Assembly (NCBI RefSeq): GCF_006345805.1
Contig: NC_042998.1
Span: 177,754,001-177,818,000, forward strand
Direction of reading: 5' to 3'
DNA from: Octopus sinensis
Taxonomy: Eukaryota
DNA length: 64,000 nucleotides
Under the pieces are notes generated by a model. It saw nothing but the letters and a program-made list of their open reading frames with translations, had not been told where the DNA came from and searched no databases. Shown piece after piece: positions 40,961 through 53,525 of this stretch (positions are counted from its first letter, which is position 1; each line of letters starts with the position of its first letter). A program made the position numbers and the translations under genes.

Positions 40961-42954
40961 CAGTGACCTGGATGAGGTAGAGTTTAAAAGAGAATGGCTG
41001 CAACTGAAAAATATTAGAGTAGCAAACATAAACTATTCTAACTCAGATGTTAGTTATGAGTCTGAATGATGTAATTGTTGGTTTTTGAAGTAGTCTTTCC
41101 AGCATAAACTACTTAAAATATTTGCCTAAAATAATTTTTTTGCATGCTTTTCCACATAAATTCTAGTTCTGAAGTTTATATTACATATATATCATTTTCA
41201 AATGATGTTTACTCAAGCTTTTGTCCTTTTATAACAGTGTACTTGGTTTGTATATTTTTGATTGCTCTTAGCTTGAAGCACCATTAAAAAGATGGGAAAG
41301 TATCATTAATTTGAAACAAAATGTGGATTCTGAAAGCTGCATGGCAAGCTAATCAACTAGGAGATCAGTAACTTTGAATAAAAACTGATACAGAGTTGAG
41401 GGGACTTATTAGTCTTTCTTATATGAGACCATCTCTCTAGTGATAATGATGCAATAAAATGTTCCCAGTACACTCGTGGTTGAGGCAGGAAAAGCATCCA
41501 AACAAAGAAAATCACATCAAAAATGGAATGTATTATCAAAACATGGACTCTGCAAGTTGCTTCACAGACCATTGGTCCAGGAAAGTAGTAACTCTGAACA
41601 TGAATTGATATAGGGTAATGGAGACTCTTTAGTATACCTTGCTACATGATCATTTATGTTAATTTCCATACTGGTATGAGTTGATAAATGGCATAATCTA
41701 TGTCAGTTCTTATTCTGACTTGCTCCCCTTCTAGACAAGTAGGAGCGAAAATCATGTCCACTCATATACAGCATCTTAGTTTGGCATCTACAACTGGATA
41801 CTCTTTTCATCAAGAACCATTTAACAGAGTATTGAGAGCATTTTATTATCACACTGGTAATAGAGAGGTTCATGCCAAGTGCTCTTCTCAAACCCCATGT
41901 AGTCACTGTTCATTCACCAGAGAGTCCTGAGTAGATTTTTTTTTCTGTGATAACAGAAGTGGGGTTGCTTTGTAGCCCATAAGATTAGTGAGTACTCGCT
42001 ATTTTATAAACAGCTTAGTCACTTAAGGCTATGTGGGTGAGGAGGCAAATATGGGGGGGGGGTGATAGAGGAACCAGGAAGAGTGAGTGGGTAAAGGGAG
42101 TAAGAGTATGATGGCAGAAAGACTGATAAGGTGAGAGGGAAATAGAGGTATGAGAGAGAGAGGGGGGGGATGGTAATAAAGTGGACCACAATAAAAGTAA
42201 ATGCTAAATATCAACAAGTGGCCAAAGGTAAGGGTATGATGTCTCGAAGTACAAAAATGGATAACAAACAATAAGAGTTTATGGAATACAAGTAGATCTG
42301 ATGCAATCCATTATCCAAATATCTCATGATGAAAGAGTAGGTGAGTGCCGGAAAGCTGAAGGGATCAGACAGGTTCAATGATATTTTTAATTACACTGGG
42401 ACCATGGTACACTGATTATGAGAGATCCACTGTCATCTTTATACAGGCAGTACAGTCCAGTGAAGGTGAAAACAAGAGAGGTAGTAACAAAATTAGTGAT
42501 AGCAAGAGTAATGAGCACTAGACTGATGACAGGATGTCAAAGAAGCAAGAAGGACAGTAAATTCATAACAATAATTTAGTTATCTTGTTTGGATTCTACA
42601 TAGATTTTTATCTTTATCTTTCAAAAGATCTGCACTTTCATGGTAACAATGTAAGAATAAAGATAAGAGTCAAGGTGCATATATGAGTGTATACACACCC
42701 ATGTAGAGAGGGTTGCTATATGTCAAATGAAAATTCTACAAACTTGTTGCAGAAGGTAGCAAGGTGAGTGGTATTGTTCTACAATACATCTGATTCTCGG
42801 TTACAATGACTTTCAGATAAGATATGTAGACTAAACACAGAATAGGTCATATTGTGGGATGGGAGGAAGCAACCCACACCATCATCAAAAAGTGACTATG
42901 GCTAGCAAGCAAACAAAAAAGTATCTGTATAATTGCTAAGCCAGTTATAAATAG

Positions 42955-43165
42955 CATTTAAATCTCCTTCACATCACACCCAACCATCTTGAAAAGAAGA
43001 AAAGACCCATTTGATAGTATTATATCTAATATACTACGTCTAAATAAAGACAGGAATGACACGGAACTTCTTTGATCATAGGTCCACCTAATCAAGGCTA
43101 ATATGCAGCTAAACACCAACAAACAATGATCATTAGAAGTGGTATCTATTAACACTAATCAAAAC
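42955..43165. repeat. Dispersed about 200-bp repeat family (probable SINE portion); other copies near 11715-11885, 32340-32560, 37545-37640 and 38200-38400
   Basis: Shared motif (ctagaaatagcagcc)aaat(c/a)tcc(c/t)tca(a/g/c)atca(c/t)a.cc and tgatcataggtc-type segments across the copies. Confidence 0.6.
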
Positions 43166-44900
43166 ATCCTGACAATAAATGTTCATTTCAATTAGAATAA
43201 CTGAGCTATGGTAAACATAGCCTATAGCACAGAACTAATAGTTTTATTATTCCTCAAATGTGTAAAGTAAGATAAAAAAAAAAGTAATTTAGACCTTACA
43301 TTAATTTTTGCTAAAAACTAAATAAATAATATATTCTAAAGTGAAGAACAAATTAAACTGCATAAGAGGAAACTGAATGCAATTTAGGAAATCCTGCCAT
43401 TTCAGTGAGCTATCAGATAATACTATGAAAGAGAAAAAAAAAACGTGTGGTCATTATTGGAGACCAATATAATTATCTAGAGCTGCTGGTGTGACTTTCA
43501 TTGCAATAACATAGCAGTGAGCGAGGCTTTTAGTCTCGTAGCTTTTTTTTTTTTTTTTTTGTATTGATGAAGGAAATATATTAAAAACTAAAGAAGATAC
43601 ATATCAAACAATACATTTAATCAGATAATTAATGACTGCATTTTATAACATGAAACATACATTTGAAAATATTTTTCTAGCCTGCTTTTAATTACTTTAC
43701 AGTAGTTATATAAAGTACTGATATTCTATATAACTTTGAAAAAGTTTAATTTGTTAATTTAATATTTAGTCATCGTTTTATTGATGTCAGCTGCTAATTA
43801 CTTGTTCTTGTAAATCTGTTTTTTGATACAGGTTCTAAATTTCTGCTGCTCCACAAAGTTAAGACAATCCCTTGCTATGGGGTTAGTTTTAAAATTTAAT
43901 TTTATGTATTTGCAATGCATATTATATGTCATAACAAATTTTAAGTTCTTAGATTTTTGAGCAAATTTGTTATTTCTATATGGCTAGGTCATAACACAAA
44001 GGCACAAAATATATTCAGAATTGTACACTAAAAGTAAGAGTTTCAGCAATGAGTAATAATTCTAATAATAAAATCTCTTAAGTAAACATTATTATAAAAT
44101 CTCTCATGGAAAACATTACAAACTCTGATACTAAGATGAAAAGAGACTTTATTATAACAAATATAGTTTAGCTTATACCATGAACATACCAAATTAACAT
44201 ATATGCCTTCTGGGTGTTCTGTCTGAAACATTTCACATGAAACAGACACTTTGAATTACTTTTTGTAGGAATGATATAAAAGAATCCTAATGTTGAACAG
44301 AATATAAAGGATAGACTATGAACGAAATAATGTGAACCAAATAATAAAGGATAGACCTATGAACCAAATATTGTGCTCATCAGCTGCAGTACAAAGAGTT
44401 ACATTAATAAATATGTAATTTTGAACATAACTAATCAGAATGTACATTACAGTCCCATCAAACAGGTCATTTTTAGCTTAAAACTTGTTTTTCTATCTGT
44501 GCATAAGTAGAACATCTTCAACATACATAGTATATGCTGAATGACAAAACTTCAGTTACATAGCACATATTAAACAGAGTCCAATTTACCAAATGAGCTT
44601 ATAATTTATGTACCAAACAAGTTGATAAACTATTTAATTACAAAATGTTCTTTATTATTGATCCACAGCACTTGATTGGTGTTTTATTCTATCAACCTTG
44701 AAAGGATGAAAGGCAATGTTGACCCTGACAAGTTCTGTTTGAGCCAGAACAAATATGAAGGCATTCTTCCCAACATTCTCACATTTCTACCAAACTACTG
44801 CCTTTATTGTTCTTTAATATAAGAACTCATTCCACCTACAAGTTATTGACCTGAAAAAGGAGTTAGCATAACCTGATTGTAACTGGTTTGGAAATAAATT

Positions 44901-44947
<47 letters not shown>

Positions 44948-45545
44948 TGCTACGTGTCTTTTTGTAGATGTATATAAATATATATATATATATATTTGAG
45001 TAAAACTTCGATGTTTGAAGCTGTTGAATTTGTTCCAATTTATAAGATTTATAAGCTGGAGTTATTTTGTTTATTATTTCTTTTTTTTTTTTTTTTTTTT
45101 TTGCATTTGTCTTATAATGCTTAGTGAAACAGTTTTCTAAATTATTCAACAGCACTTCTTTCCTCTTGCTATAGCAACATCTCTACTTCATTGTTCTGTT
45201 TCTTTTTTGTATTTGAAAGTTCATTCAGCTTTCTTATCTTACATATAATAAAATTCAATGAATTGGTCATGCTGGGTGATGGAAACTAAAACAACAAATA
45301 GAATAGGGGTGAGTGACAGTGGGAAATGCTAAATGCAGTGAACTGTAAGATGTTTTGCTATGAAGTCATCAGTATTTAAATCAAAATAAAACTAAATTTT
45401 CCTCATAAATTATATTTTAACAATTTCACATGCACATATGATTATATATAAAATTAAATATTAAACTCTTTTATTTTCAAGGTATTATTGGTCATGTAAC
45501 ATTTATGATATATATATATATATATATATTCTCCTACGCCTATAT

Positions 45546-45609
<64 letters not shown>

Positions 45610-45620
45610 TTATATACACA

Positions 45621-45955
45621 CCTGACAGGTAGCATGCCAGTGGCACATAAAAAGCACTATGGGAGCATGGTTGTTGATAGTGTCACCTGTGTGGCTCACG
45701 TGCTTGTGCCATGTAAAAAGCACCATTCAGGCTTGTTCAATGCCAGCACCGCCTGACTGGCCCTCATGTTGGTGGCACATAAAAAGCACCCACTACCCTC
45801 TCAGAATCGTTGGCATTAGGAAGGGCATCCAGCTGTAGAAATCTTGCCAGATCACATTGGAGCCTTGCACAGCCTTCTGGCTTGCCAGTCCTCAGTCAAG
45901 CCGTTCGAGCTATGGCAGCCTGGAAAGCGGACATTAAACGACATTGATGATATGA
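45621..45955 (+). mobile_element. RTE 3' UTR and tail
   Basis: Repeated ...taaaaagcac modules, ttaggaagggcatccagctgtagaa, gaaagcggacattaaacgac. Confidence 0.85.
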
Positions 45956-45982
45956 CATATATATATATGTATATATATATAC

Positions 45983-47544
45983 GGATAAAGGTTGCAAATC
46001 GACTCAACCAACATCCCAAAAGTAGTGAAACGTCCCGCCTAAAAACAACACTGATGGAGATCGAAAAAAGGCTGCAACAATCCTATGTGAGGGAGAAAGC
46101 AGACAAAGAAGCCTGGGTTATAAAAAACATTAAGTCAAACCCAAAGGCCTTCTTTCATTATGCGAAAGAAACAGCCTCAGTACACTACAAGATAGGACCC
46201 CTCCTCCAAAAGGATGGCTCCCTCACAGACAGTTCAACTAAGATCAGTGAGATACTGAATGACCAGTTCAAATGTGTTTTTACCACCCCGTTGGAACAGA
46301 CAAGTGAACGAACCAACATACTTCTTTGCCGGCTCACCTATAACCAGCGAGGCAGTTACAATGGAATACATTGACATTAGCGAAGAAGATATACTACTAG
46401 CCATAGATGAATTGGACACAAAACTCAACTGCTGGTCCTGATGGTTTCCCAGCAATCCTCCTCAAATCGTGTAAGCATGCCCTAGTAAAACCCCTCAAGA
46501 TTCTCTTCCAGAGCTTTCTTACAAATGGCAAAATGCCAAGTAATCTGAAGGAGGGAATAATATGCCCAATATATAAAGGGAGAAGTACAGCAGATGCCAA
46601 AAACTATAGGCCTATCTCTCTGACTTAAACATCAGCAAAGTCATGGAATGGATAGTCAGAAGGAAACTAATTGCATTCCTTGAAAAAAATAACTTGCTGA
46701 CTGATACCCAGCAAGGTTTTCGACCAGATAGGAGCTGCCTGATCCAGTTCTTACAACATTATGACTGGGTGTTGAGGCAGTTACTCAACAAATGAAATGT
46801 GGACGTAATATACCTTGATTTTGCAAAAGCTTTTGATAAGGTGGATCATGGTATGATATGCCTGACTGGATGGATCCTAAGAACATTCAGAACCAGAGAT
46901 AAGGAAACCATGATGCTCCTCTGGAGGACATTCGTCCTCAGCCGCCTGGATTACTGCTCACAGCTATGGTCACCCACCAGTGTGAAATTAACAGCGGACC
47001 TTGAAGCAATTCAGAGAAGATTCACAAACAAGATCATCTCTTTGCAACAGCTCAGCTACTGGGAAAGGTTCAAGCAGCTAAGACTCTACTCCCTGGAGAG
47101 AAGACATGAGAGGTATGCAGTAATATATATCTGTAAGATCCTGGAAGGAATTGTGCCAAATTCTGGCATTGAAATCTACACCAATGCCAGAACAGGACGA
47201 CACTGCATAGTGCCAAAGATCCCAGCAATGCCATCATGCTCCAGGACCAGTTACTGTAACAGCCTGGGTTTCAAGAGCCAACAGCTTTTTAATATTCTCC
47301 CAAAGAGTCTGAGGAATTGCACAAAGTAGATGTAGAGGGTTTTTAAATCAAAGCTGGACCTCTTCCTGTTGAGAGTCCCAGATGAACCTACCTCACGGCA
47401 AGAGGTGCAAATGAGGGTAGCTATATCAAACTCCATTCTTCATCAAATGCCACATATTAGAGGAGGCTCTTAGTAATAACAGTGTAGCACAAAACGGCGG
47501 TGCATCAGCATGGCCGCAGCTCTGAGCTGAAACTAGAAAAAAAA
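45983..47544 (+). mobile_element. 5'-truncated CR1-like LINE with an internal deletion of the RT catalytic core
   Basis: IKSNPKAFFHYA, GPDGFPAILLK, NYRPISLT, QQGFR, YLDFAKAFDKVDH and LDYCSQLWSP motifs; jumps from KVDHGMIC to LTGWILRTF near 46862; ends in ctgaaactagaaaaaaaa. Confidence 0.92.
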
Positions 47545-47552
47545 TATATATA

Positions 47553-47591
<39 letters not shown>

Positions 47592-47649
47592 AGATGAGGC
47601 CTAATTTTGTAATTATTAAACAATTATGAATTTAATTATCCCTATTTTC

Positions 47650-47773
47650 TTACTGATATTTTTTCCTATGATGTCTGTAATAGATTTGTGACTATTCGGT
47701 GGTACAGAAATATTTTTTGACTTCTATTTTTTAGTGATATAGGTACTCATGTACCTTTTGTATATATATGTAC
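47650..47773. repeat. Left arm of a 124-bp inverted repeat (partner 50844-50971)
   Basis: Hand alignment: 5 substitutions and one 4-nt indel. Confidence 0.92.
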
Positions 47774-47782
47774 ACATCTAAT

Positions 47783-47851
47783 ATTGTAACTGTACTTGTT
47801 GAAGTGCCTCAATTCTGTGCATGTACATATATTTATTTGATTGCTGACATT
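47783..47851. repeat. Left copy of a 69-bp direct repeat (partner 53834-53902)
   Basis: Hand alignment: 4 mismatches in 69 bp. Confidence 0.92.
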
Positions 47852-50843
47852 AAAGTTCGAAGGTCGTGCTTCACCACCTCGTCCCAGGTTTTCCTGGGTC
47901 TGCCTCTTCCACAGGTTCCCTCAACTGCTAGGGTGTGGCACTTTTTCACACAACTATCTTCATCCATTCTCGCCACATGACCATACCAGCGCAAATGTCT
48001 CTCTTGCACACCACATCTGATGCTTCTTAGGTCCAGCTTTTCTCTCAAGGTACTTACACTCTGTCAAGTATGAAACTGACATTACACATCCATCAGAGCA
48101 TACTGGCTTCATTTCTTGCGAGCTTACGCATATCCTCAGCAGTCATGGCCCATGTTTCACTGCCATATAGCATGGCTGTTCATACACAAGTGTCATACAG
48201 TCTGCCTTTTACTCTGAGCGAGAGGCCTTTTGTCACCAGCAGAGGTAAGAGCTCTCTGAACTTTGCCCAAGCTATTCTTACTCTAGCTGTTACACTTTCA
48301 GCACACCCACCCCCGCTACTGACTTGGTCACCTAGGTAAGGGAAGTTATCAACTATTTCTAGTTTTTCTCCCTGGAAAGTGACAGAAGTTGATCTCAGAG
48401 CATTTTCAGTGTTTATTGTGGCATCTGCCACATACAAAAACATACAAAAACTATCTTCCCAGTTAGCCTTCTTTTGACATTGCTGCACCTCTTATATGTC
48501 TTATGTGTCCATAGCTTACACTTGGTGCATCTTATAGAGTTTCTACCTACACCTTTCCTACAGATCGAGCAGGGCCATCTACCTGAAGGCGTTTGTGATT
48601 TGTCTACTTTCCTACTTATTAGGACTTTGGTTTTAGCTAGATTGACTCTAAGGCCCTTCGATTCTAATCCTTGCTTCCACACCTGAAACTTCTCCAGTTC
48701 TGATAGTGACTCAGCAATTAGAGCAAGGTCATCAGCATAGAGGAGCTCCCAAGGGCATCATGTCTTGAATTCCTCCATTATTGCCTGGAGGACTATGATA
48801 AATAGGAGGGGGCTGAGGACTGAGCCTTGGTGGACCACAACCTTTACCCAGAATTCTTCACTGTACGCGTTGCCAACCCTCACCTTACTAGCAGCGTCCC
48901 TGTACATGATAAGGGATCGGGGGACCCTGTCGAAGGCTTTCTCCATGTCAACAAAAGCCAGGAACAGGGGCTTATCTTTGGCTAGGTATTTCTCCTGCAG
49001 CTGCCTTACCAGGAATATAGCATCAGTGGTACTTTTCCCTGGCACAAACCCAAACTGCATCTCATCTAAACTAACTCTCTCTCTAACCTTCATTACCTGA
49101 TCCAACAGCTTGATGCCTCTGTAATTATATGTATCTAGGGTGTCACCTTTACCTTTGTAGCAGTTGACTATTATGCTGCTACACCAGTCATTGGGTATGA
49201 CTCCTTTGTGTATCACCTGATTAACTATACGGGTGACTAGGCTATAGCCGACACTCCCAGATATTTTGAGCATCTCTGCAGTGATTCCTGATGGGCCTGG
49301 GGCTTTCCCTGTCTTCATGCTTCTAATTGCCTTAACTACCAAGGAACTGTCAACTCAGATAGCTGGTCTCTCTGTTGGGTCAACATTCGGCAGACTCTCT
49401 TTATCCCATTCATTTTCTTTATTCAGCAACCTTTCATAGTGGCGTCTCCAAACCTCTTTCTTTGCATCCTCATTTAGCGCAAGTGAACCATCTTCCATGC
49501 AAACACACTTCTCTCCTACCACATCACAATTCTCTCTCACACACTGTCTTGCAACACAAAACACCTCCAGTCTTTGGTCCTCACGGCGCAGAACATTGGC
49601 AAATTTTTTCTTATCTGCTTCCCCTCTGGCTAGATAGACCTGTCTCCTAGCTTCCCTTTTGGCAGTCTGATACAATTCCCTGCTACCACCATTCTTCGAG
49701 TCCTTCCAAGCCTGTCTCTTTTCTCTAATAGCCCTGTCTACAACATTGTTCCACCACCACGTTACCTTGGGACAAGAGGGGACTTTGCACCAGCCACAGA
49801 TCTGGTCAGTGGCTCTCAGCAGGTTGTCCCTTAGAAACGTCCAGTTGCCTTCTACCCCATGTGATACTCTATCCCCTTCTACTTCGTCAAAGGCTTCAAG
49901 TAGCATGTCCCTAAATCTCTGTCCATTCGCAGGATCTTTAAGCTTCCAGATCTTTCTTCTCCATGTTGGTCGTCTTCTGGTTGTCCTCTTAGTCCTGATC
50001 CTAAAGTCACTAACTACTAGTCTATGTTGCGGGGTACATTCTTCGCCTGGGAAGGTTTTGGCATTTATAAGCAGCCATCTCTCCCTTTGTCTGGCAAGGA
50101 TGTAGTCAATTTGGCTGGTATGTTGGCCCGATCGGTAGGTGACTAGGTGGCTGGTAGGTTTCCTGAAGTTAGTGTTGCAAATCATAAGATTATTTGCATC
50201 GCAGAACTCCAGCAGCCTGGTTCCCTCCTCGTTGCAAGAACCATAGCCATAGCCTCCATGTACACCATGGAAGACCCAGCATGTCGTACAATGTGACCAT
50301 TGAAGTCACCAGCCATAAAGAGAAGGTCTCTGTCGTTTGTCAACGAGGTAGTCTGCAGTAGAGTGTCATAGAATCGGTCTTTCTGTCCATCGGGTAGCCC
50401 CGACTGAGGAGCATAGGCCGATATAATGGTTGCTAATCCATGATGAAGCACTAATCTAATCTTAAGTATTCTGTCACATACTCTGATTACCTCAATTACT
50501 TTATCTACCCATTTCTCAACGATAAGTATACCCATGCCACCAACCCCGTCAGTGTTCCCTGCCCAGAAAATCTTGTACCTGTGTTCTTGCCTGTGAGGAA
50601 CCTAGCAGATCCTCCTCTCCACCTTACCTCCTGCATGCAACATATATCAACACATCTCCGTTCAAGCATCTCGACTATCTCGCCAGACCTACCTTTCAGT
50701 ATGCCAACGTTGAGGGTGCCAAACCCGAGGGTGTGGGAGGTATGGGCCCTAGAGACCCTGGGACGGTGGACAGTAGCTTCATGTACCTGAAAAGAAAGCT
50801 CGCATTTGGCAAAATTCATGAGCAAGTAATACAGTAGCCTTCA
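47852..50843 (-). mobile_element. Near-complete RTE-clade LINE ORF (APE endonuclease, RT, PHD-like finger), frameshifted and lacking its 3' UTR
   Basis: TLNVGILKGR, CMQEVRW, GDFNGH, SQIDYIL, QHRLVVSD, APGPSG, YRGIKLL, QFGF, DMEKAFDRVP, HQGSVLSPLLF and YADDL motifs across ORFs from 50825 to 47833; stops abruptly at cgaacttt. Confidence 0.95.
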
Positions 50844-50971
50844 GTACATATATATACAAAAGGGTACTACATGAGTATATATATCACTAAAAAATAGAAG
50901 TCAAAAGATACTTCTGTACCACCGAATAGTCACAAATCTATTACAGACATGATAGGAAAAAATATCAGTAA
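50844..50971. repeat. Right arm of the inverted repeat (reverse complement of 47650-47773)
   Basis: Hand alignment as above. Confidence 0.92.
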
Positions 50972-50983
50972 ACAATAATAATA

Positions 50984-51096
50984 TCTTACGTGGGTCAGAA
51001 CAAGTAAATGCTGGTCAACCTGGTACTGGTTTCAAAATTTCAAAACCGGTATCAGGTTGACCAGCATTTACTTGTTCAGACTCAGTAGAGGTAAGA
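50984..51096. repeat. About 110-bp palindrome (small MITE-like hairpin)
   Basis: 50998-51022 is the exact reverse complement of 51053-51077 (25 bp), extended by 10 further pairs inside (two G-U on the plus strand) and by tcttac/gtaaga outside. Confidence 0.9.
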
Positions 51097-51136
51097 CATT
51101 AATACATATATATACACATATATACACATATATATA

Positions 51137-51229
51137 TCATCATCATCATCATCGTTTAACGTCCGTTCTCCATGCTAGCATGAGTTGGACGGTTCGACCG
51201 GGTATCTGGGAAGCCAGAAGGCTGCACCA
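51137..51229 (-). mobile_element. Short RTE 3' tail
   Basis: (CAT)n cgtttaacgtccgttctccatgctagc. Confidence 0.8.
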
Positions 51230-51391
51230 ATATATATATATATATAATATATATATATATATAATATATATACACATATATATATACACACACACACATA
51301 TATATACATATATACATACACACACACACACATATATATATACATATATACATACACACACACACACACACACATGCATATATACACATAC

Positions 51392-51549
51392 GTATAAAAA
51401 TTAGAAAAAGCCACCTTTTATCAATTCAAAATAAACAATTAAATTACATCATCTAGAAAATTACATATAATAGAAATATTAAAATTAAAATAATAATATA
51501 CCGATGATTAAGTAAATTGCAAAATAATAATAAAAACGTATATATTTGG

Positions 51550-51585
<36 letters not shown>

Positions 51586-51889
51586 ATATTGGTTGGCGTT
51601 AGGAAGGGCATCCAGCTGTAGAAACACTGCCAGATCTGACTGGACTGGTGCAGCTTTCGGGCTCCCCAGACCCCAGTTGAACCGTCCAACCCATGCTAGC
51701 ATGGAAAGCGGACGTTAAATGATGATGATGATGATGATGATGATGATATACGTTTTTATTATTATTTTGTAATTTACTTAATCATCGGTATATTATTGTT
51801 ATTTTAATATTTCTATTATATGTAATTTTCTAGACGGTGTAATTTAATTGTTCATTTTGAATTGATAAAAGGTGGGTTTTTTTCTAATT

Positions 51890-51896
<7 letters not shown>
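51392..51896. mobile_element. Foldback element with about 150-bp AT-rich inverted arms (51392-51542 / 51747-51896) enclosing (TA)n and a plus-strand RTE tail (51589-51746)
   Basis: The arms are roughly 90 percent identical reverse complements by eye and are flanked by TA-rich microsatellite. Confidence 0.8.
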
Positions 51897-51923
<27 letters not shown>

Positions 51924-52049
51924 AAGCAATAAAGGGTTTAGCAACGAATTGCCCCACCACATACCGAATTTAGAAATAGCAGTCAAAGAGTTATAGCTAT
52001 TTCTTCTACTAAAAAGGGAGATCTCAGTAAAAACAGCAATTGGAAGGCA

Positions 52050-52131
<82 letters not shown>

Positions 52132-52399
52132 TTTTTTGTGAAATGTGATTCAGTATTTCTAAATTGAACTTTTCCCTTTAAGTTAGGAATAATATTCCCT
52201 CAAATAATTATTATACATACATACATTTATATACACATACATATATATTTATATATATATATATATACACACATACACACACATATACATTATATATATA
52301 CACACACACATATATATACATATATATATACACACACATATATATACATATATATATACACACACATATATATACATATATATATACACACACATATAT

Positions 52400-52710
52400 A
52401 TCATCATCATCATCATCGTTTAACATCCGCTTTCCATGCTAGTATGGGTTGGAAGGTTCAACTGGGGTTTGGGAAGCCAGAAGGCTGCCGCAGGCCCAGT
52501 CTGATCTGGCAGTGTTTCTACAGCTGGATGCCCTTCCTAACGCCAACCATTCCATGAGTGTAGCGGGTGCTTTTTACGTGCCACTGGCACGGAGGACAGT
52601 CAGGGCAGCCCTGGCTATGGCCACGTTCGGATGGTTCTCTTACATGCCACCAGCACTGGTATCATAGCTACAAATTCCATTGATGTTGATCGATTACGAT
52701 TTTGATTTTG
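52400..52710 (-). mobile_element. RTE 3' UTR and tail
   Basis: (CAT)n cgtttaacatccgctttccatgctag... Confidence 0.85.
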
Positions 52711-52763
52711 ATATATATATACATATATATACACATGTGATTAATCATCATCATCATCATTTA

Positions 52764-53137
52764 GCAGGAGTGGCTGTGTGGTAAGTAGCTTGCTTACCAA
52801 TCACATGGTTCCGGGATCAGTCTCACTGCGTGGCATCTTGGGCAACTGTCTTCTACTATAGCCTCAGGTCGACCAAAGCCTTGTGAGTGGATTTGGTAGA
52901 CGGAAACTGAAAGAAGCCCGCCGTATATATGTATATATATATGTGTGTGTATGTTTGTCCCCCTAGCATTGCTTGACAACCGATGCTGGTGTGTTTACGT
53001 CGCCGTCACTTAGCGGTTCGGCAAGTGACCGATAGAATAAGTACTGGGCTTACAAAGAATAAGTCCTGGGGTCGATTTGCTCGACTAAAGGCGGTGCTCC
53101 AGCATGGCTGCAGTCAAATGACTGAAACAAGTAAAGT
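52764..53137 (+). mobile_element. Young full-length tRNA-derived SINE, head type A, with CR1-like tail
   Basis: A-box-like tggctgtgtgg, B-box-like gggatcagtctc, core cttgggcaactgtcttctactatagcc, tail ggcggtgctccagcatggctgcag...ctgaaac. Resembles octopus OK/OR-type SINEs; the exact family was not verified. Confidence 0.88.
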
Positions 53138-53139
53138 GA

Positions 53140-53453
53140 GAGCCATATACTCACATCAACTTACTGCCATGAGTCTCACTCACTCATCAACTTTCATCAA
53201 AATCGGACAAAAAATGCAAAAGCTACAGGAGAAATAACACTATTATGGCACTTACCATTCAAACGCCCGATTCAGCTCACAAAAATTGATGCCAACAGAG
53301 CATTATCGAGTTTTCAAAAAATTCTGTCCTTATTTGGACTTCAGGGCATGTGATCTACCTATGAGCCAAAACTCATTAAAACTGATTGGACAGTATGGGA
53401 GAGTTAGTGTAACCCCAAACACACAAACAGACAGACACTATTACACATTTATC

Positions 53454-53458
<5 letters not shown>
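53140..53458 (-). mobile_element. Possible Helitron/Helentron-derived (DINE-like) non-autonomous fragment
   Basis: tttcatcaaaatcgg...caaacagacagacac...tttatctatatat resembles the terminus and (GTCT)n microsatellite of such elements; recognised from memory only. Confidence 0.4.
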
Positions 53459-53484
<26 letters not shown>

Positions 53485-53486
53485 TA

Positions 53487-53520
<34 letters not shown>

Positions 53521-53525
<5 letters not shown>

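Noticed and set aside
52764-52840. tRNA-like sequences at SINE heads
   Set aside because: A/B-box remnants continue into SINE core and tail, with no complete cloverleaf; not tRNA genes.
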